Shown here: one piece after another, positions 4,494-5,658 of the stretch
Layout: the number at the start of each line of letters is the position of its first letter
Numbering within the stretch: position 1 is the first letter of the stretch
IMG/VR virus record: IMGVR_UViG_3300045988_009858
Location: 1 to 5,658 of that record
Strand: one strand, 5' to 3'
DNA: 5,658 nucleotides
Source of the DNA: a virus
Notes under the pieces: generated by a model
Told to the model about the DNA's origin: nothing
Seen by the model: the letters and a program-made list of their open reading frames with translations, nothing else
The model's database searches: none
Translations under genes and position numbers: made by a program

Positions 4494-4708
4494 ATGGAGA
4501 TGAATTATTCAAAATCAGACCAGTAAATGAAGAACAAAATGATTTTATAATCACAATAGGACAACACCTGGCGACAGAGCAACACTTTTCAACACGTAAA
4601 GAAGCGGAAGCATACAGAGATACACCACAATGGGATACGATTCTCGCATTTGTGGCGGAAATGTTAGAAATTCATACAGCGGTTAAACATAAAAAAGATA
4701 AAGAATGA
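4490..4708 (+). CDS. Hypothetical small acidic protein, 72 aa
   Basis: ATGA overlap with the upstream stop (ATG 4490-4492 / TGA 4491-3) and a second ATGA overlap with the VP1 start (TGA 4706-4708 / ATG 4705-4707). It is the only gene preceded by a canonical SD (AAGGAGG 4476-4482, 7-nt spacer). No motif was recognised with confidence. Confidence 0.6.
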   Translation: MNGDELFKIRPVNEEQNDFIITIGQHLATEQHFSTRKEAEAYRDTPQWDTILAFVAEMLEIHTAVKHKKDKE

Positions 4709-5658
4709 GCATATCAAAATCAATCGGGAAGAACACCCTAGGAGGTGGTAATTCCATGCAGGTCGACCTGAGAACTTACAACAGAAGTACGCACAATTTA
4801 TCATACGCCTGGCGAAGCAGCATGGGAGTAGGAACACTAGTCCCATGTATGAAATTGATAGGATTACCAGGCGATACATTTGACATTGACATAGATACTA
4901 AAGTATTAACACATCCAACAGTTGGACCGTTATTTGGGTCATATAAATTACAGATTGATATCTTCACAGCACCAATCCGATTATACAACGCAATGCTGCA
5001 TAATAATGCACTTAACGTCGGATTAGATATAAGTAAAGTAAAATTACCAAAATTAAATTATATAGGACTATATGATGATAAAATAGAGGATAGTACACAT
5101 CTAACAATGAGTAGTAGTAGTATATTTGCGTATCTAGGGTGGCGAGGTTCAACAGCAACAAAAGAACCAACTAAAACAATTAATAATGCGATACCTATAC
5201 TAGCGTATCTAGACATATTTAAAAATTACTATGCGAACAAGCAGGAAAGTAACTATTATTACCTAGTCAAGTCAACGTATGTCAACACAACATTTACAAA
5301 CAGAGCAATAACCTACGACCAAGCGGGAAAGCTAACAACAGGCGGAACGATAGAAATAGTTAACATGACACTAGAACAGTGGAATGGATCAGGCGAGGTA
5401 TACGGTACAGAAACAGAAGGAGGTTTGAAAAAATGGTTAAACAGCAAAGAAATAAACAAATATTGGACGCCTACACAAAAAGGAAGTAATATACTGTTAA
5501 CATTCAAAAGAGGGCAATACTGGATATTTGGGGACCAAGCAAGATACAAGAACAGCAGCTATATACAATCAGCAGGGTTAGATTTGCTCGACGAGCTAAG
5601 AGAAAAAATACTCAAAGCAGGCAGCACACAATTCATTGTTGCAGCGGGAACAAACAAA
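4705..5658 (+). CDS. VP1: Major capsid protein VP1, N-terminal part (runs off the window; 5560-5658 duplicates 1-99)
   Basis: My own translation of frame 1 from ATG 4705 has no stop through 5658: MSISKSIGKNTLGGGNSMQVDLRTYNRSTHNLSYAWRSSMGVGTLVPCMKLIGLPGDTFDIDIDTKVLTHPTVGPLFGSYKLQIDIFTAPIRLYNAML... The blocks RSTHNLS, G.L.P, PGDTF and GPLFGSYK.Q.D.F..PIRLY match what I recall of Alpavirinae-type VP1 N-termini. It is missing from the ORF track only because it lacks a stop within the window. Confidence 0.9.
   Translation, partial: MSISKSIGKNTLGGGNSMQVDLRTYNRSTHNLSYAWRSSMGVGTLVPCMKLIGLPGDTFDIDIDTKVLTHPTVGPLFGSYKLQIDIFTAPIRLYNAMLHNNALNVGLDISKVKLPKLNYIGLYDDKIEDSTHLTMSSSSIFAYLGWRGSTATKEPTKTINNAIPILAYLDIFKNYYANKQESNYYYLVKSTYVNTTFTNRAITYDQAGKLTTGGTIEIVNMTLEQWNGSGEVYGTETEGGLKKWLNSKEINKYWTPTQKGSNILLTFKRGQYWIFGDQARYKNSSYIQSAGLDLLDELREKILKAGSTQFIVAAGTNK
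5560..5658. repeat. 99-nt terminal redundancy (identical to 1-99) marking a circular genome of 5,559 nt
   Basis: Base-by-base comparison of tatatacaatcagcagggttagatttgctcgacgagc...gcagcgggaacaaacaaa at both ends. Confidence 0.97.

Noticed and set aside
5121-5128. A third TATATTTG (-7-like box), inside VP1
   Set aside because: It lies within coding sequence, with no TTTG at the -33 position that I could see and no downstream gene start. It is most likely a chance occurrence in AT-rich DNA.
915-5549. All eleven minus-strand ORFs in the track (915..1145, 1405..1626, 2160..2381, 2227..2487, 2432..2635, 2684..2899, 2854..3273, 3270..3518, 4664..4879, 4776..4988, 5313..5549)
   Set aside because: Ten are antisense to well-supported + strand genes; 3270..3518 is antisense to the VP4 3' end and runs on into non-coding DNA. 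The translations are low-complexity Leu/Phe/Ser/Cys-rich mirror images of an A-rich coding strand. Microviridae encode all genes on the virion-sense strand. None has a recognisable motif.

Overview
The window is one complete, circularly permuted genome of a small ssDNA phage of the family Microviridae. Unit length is 5,559 nt, and bases 1-99 recur exactly at 5560-5658, an assembly overlap across the circle junction. All seven credible genes are on the + strand. In transcription order they are: three small ORFs of unknown function (4103-4291, 4278-4493, 4490-4708, chained by overlapping start/stop codons); the major capsid protein VP1 (join 4705..5559,1..1023; 625 aa); a 100-aa scaffold-like protein (1025-1327); the VP2 DNA-pilot/minor capsid protein (1451-2491); and the VP4 HUH rolling-circle replication initiator (2499-3431). 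From memory, the VP1 N-terminus resembles Alpavirinae-type (Bacteroidales-associated) microviruses. A Bacteroides-type promoter (TTTG / TAnnTTTG) and A-rich leaders without a Shine-Dalgarno sequence on 6 of 7 genes fit a Bacteroidota host. The unusual part is a ~670-nt non-coding region (3432-4102) between a clean intrinsic terminator and the only recognisable promoter. It holds two clusters of helically phased short direct repeats (iteron-like) flanking a very AT-rich spacer. These are followed by an abrupt 300-nt GC-rich, hairpin-dense island (3721-4020; about 52% GC against about 18% just upstream, hand counts). I could not assign the island to any known RNA or protein family, and it is the best candidate for something undescribed: a complementary-strand origin, a structured RNA, or a recombination/attP module. 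A strong terminator-like hairpin also sits inside the 5' end of the rep gene. All protein identifications come from motif recognition by eye, not from database searches.
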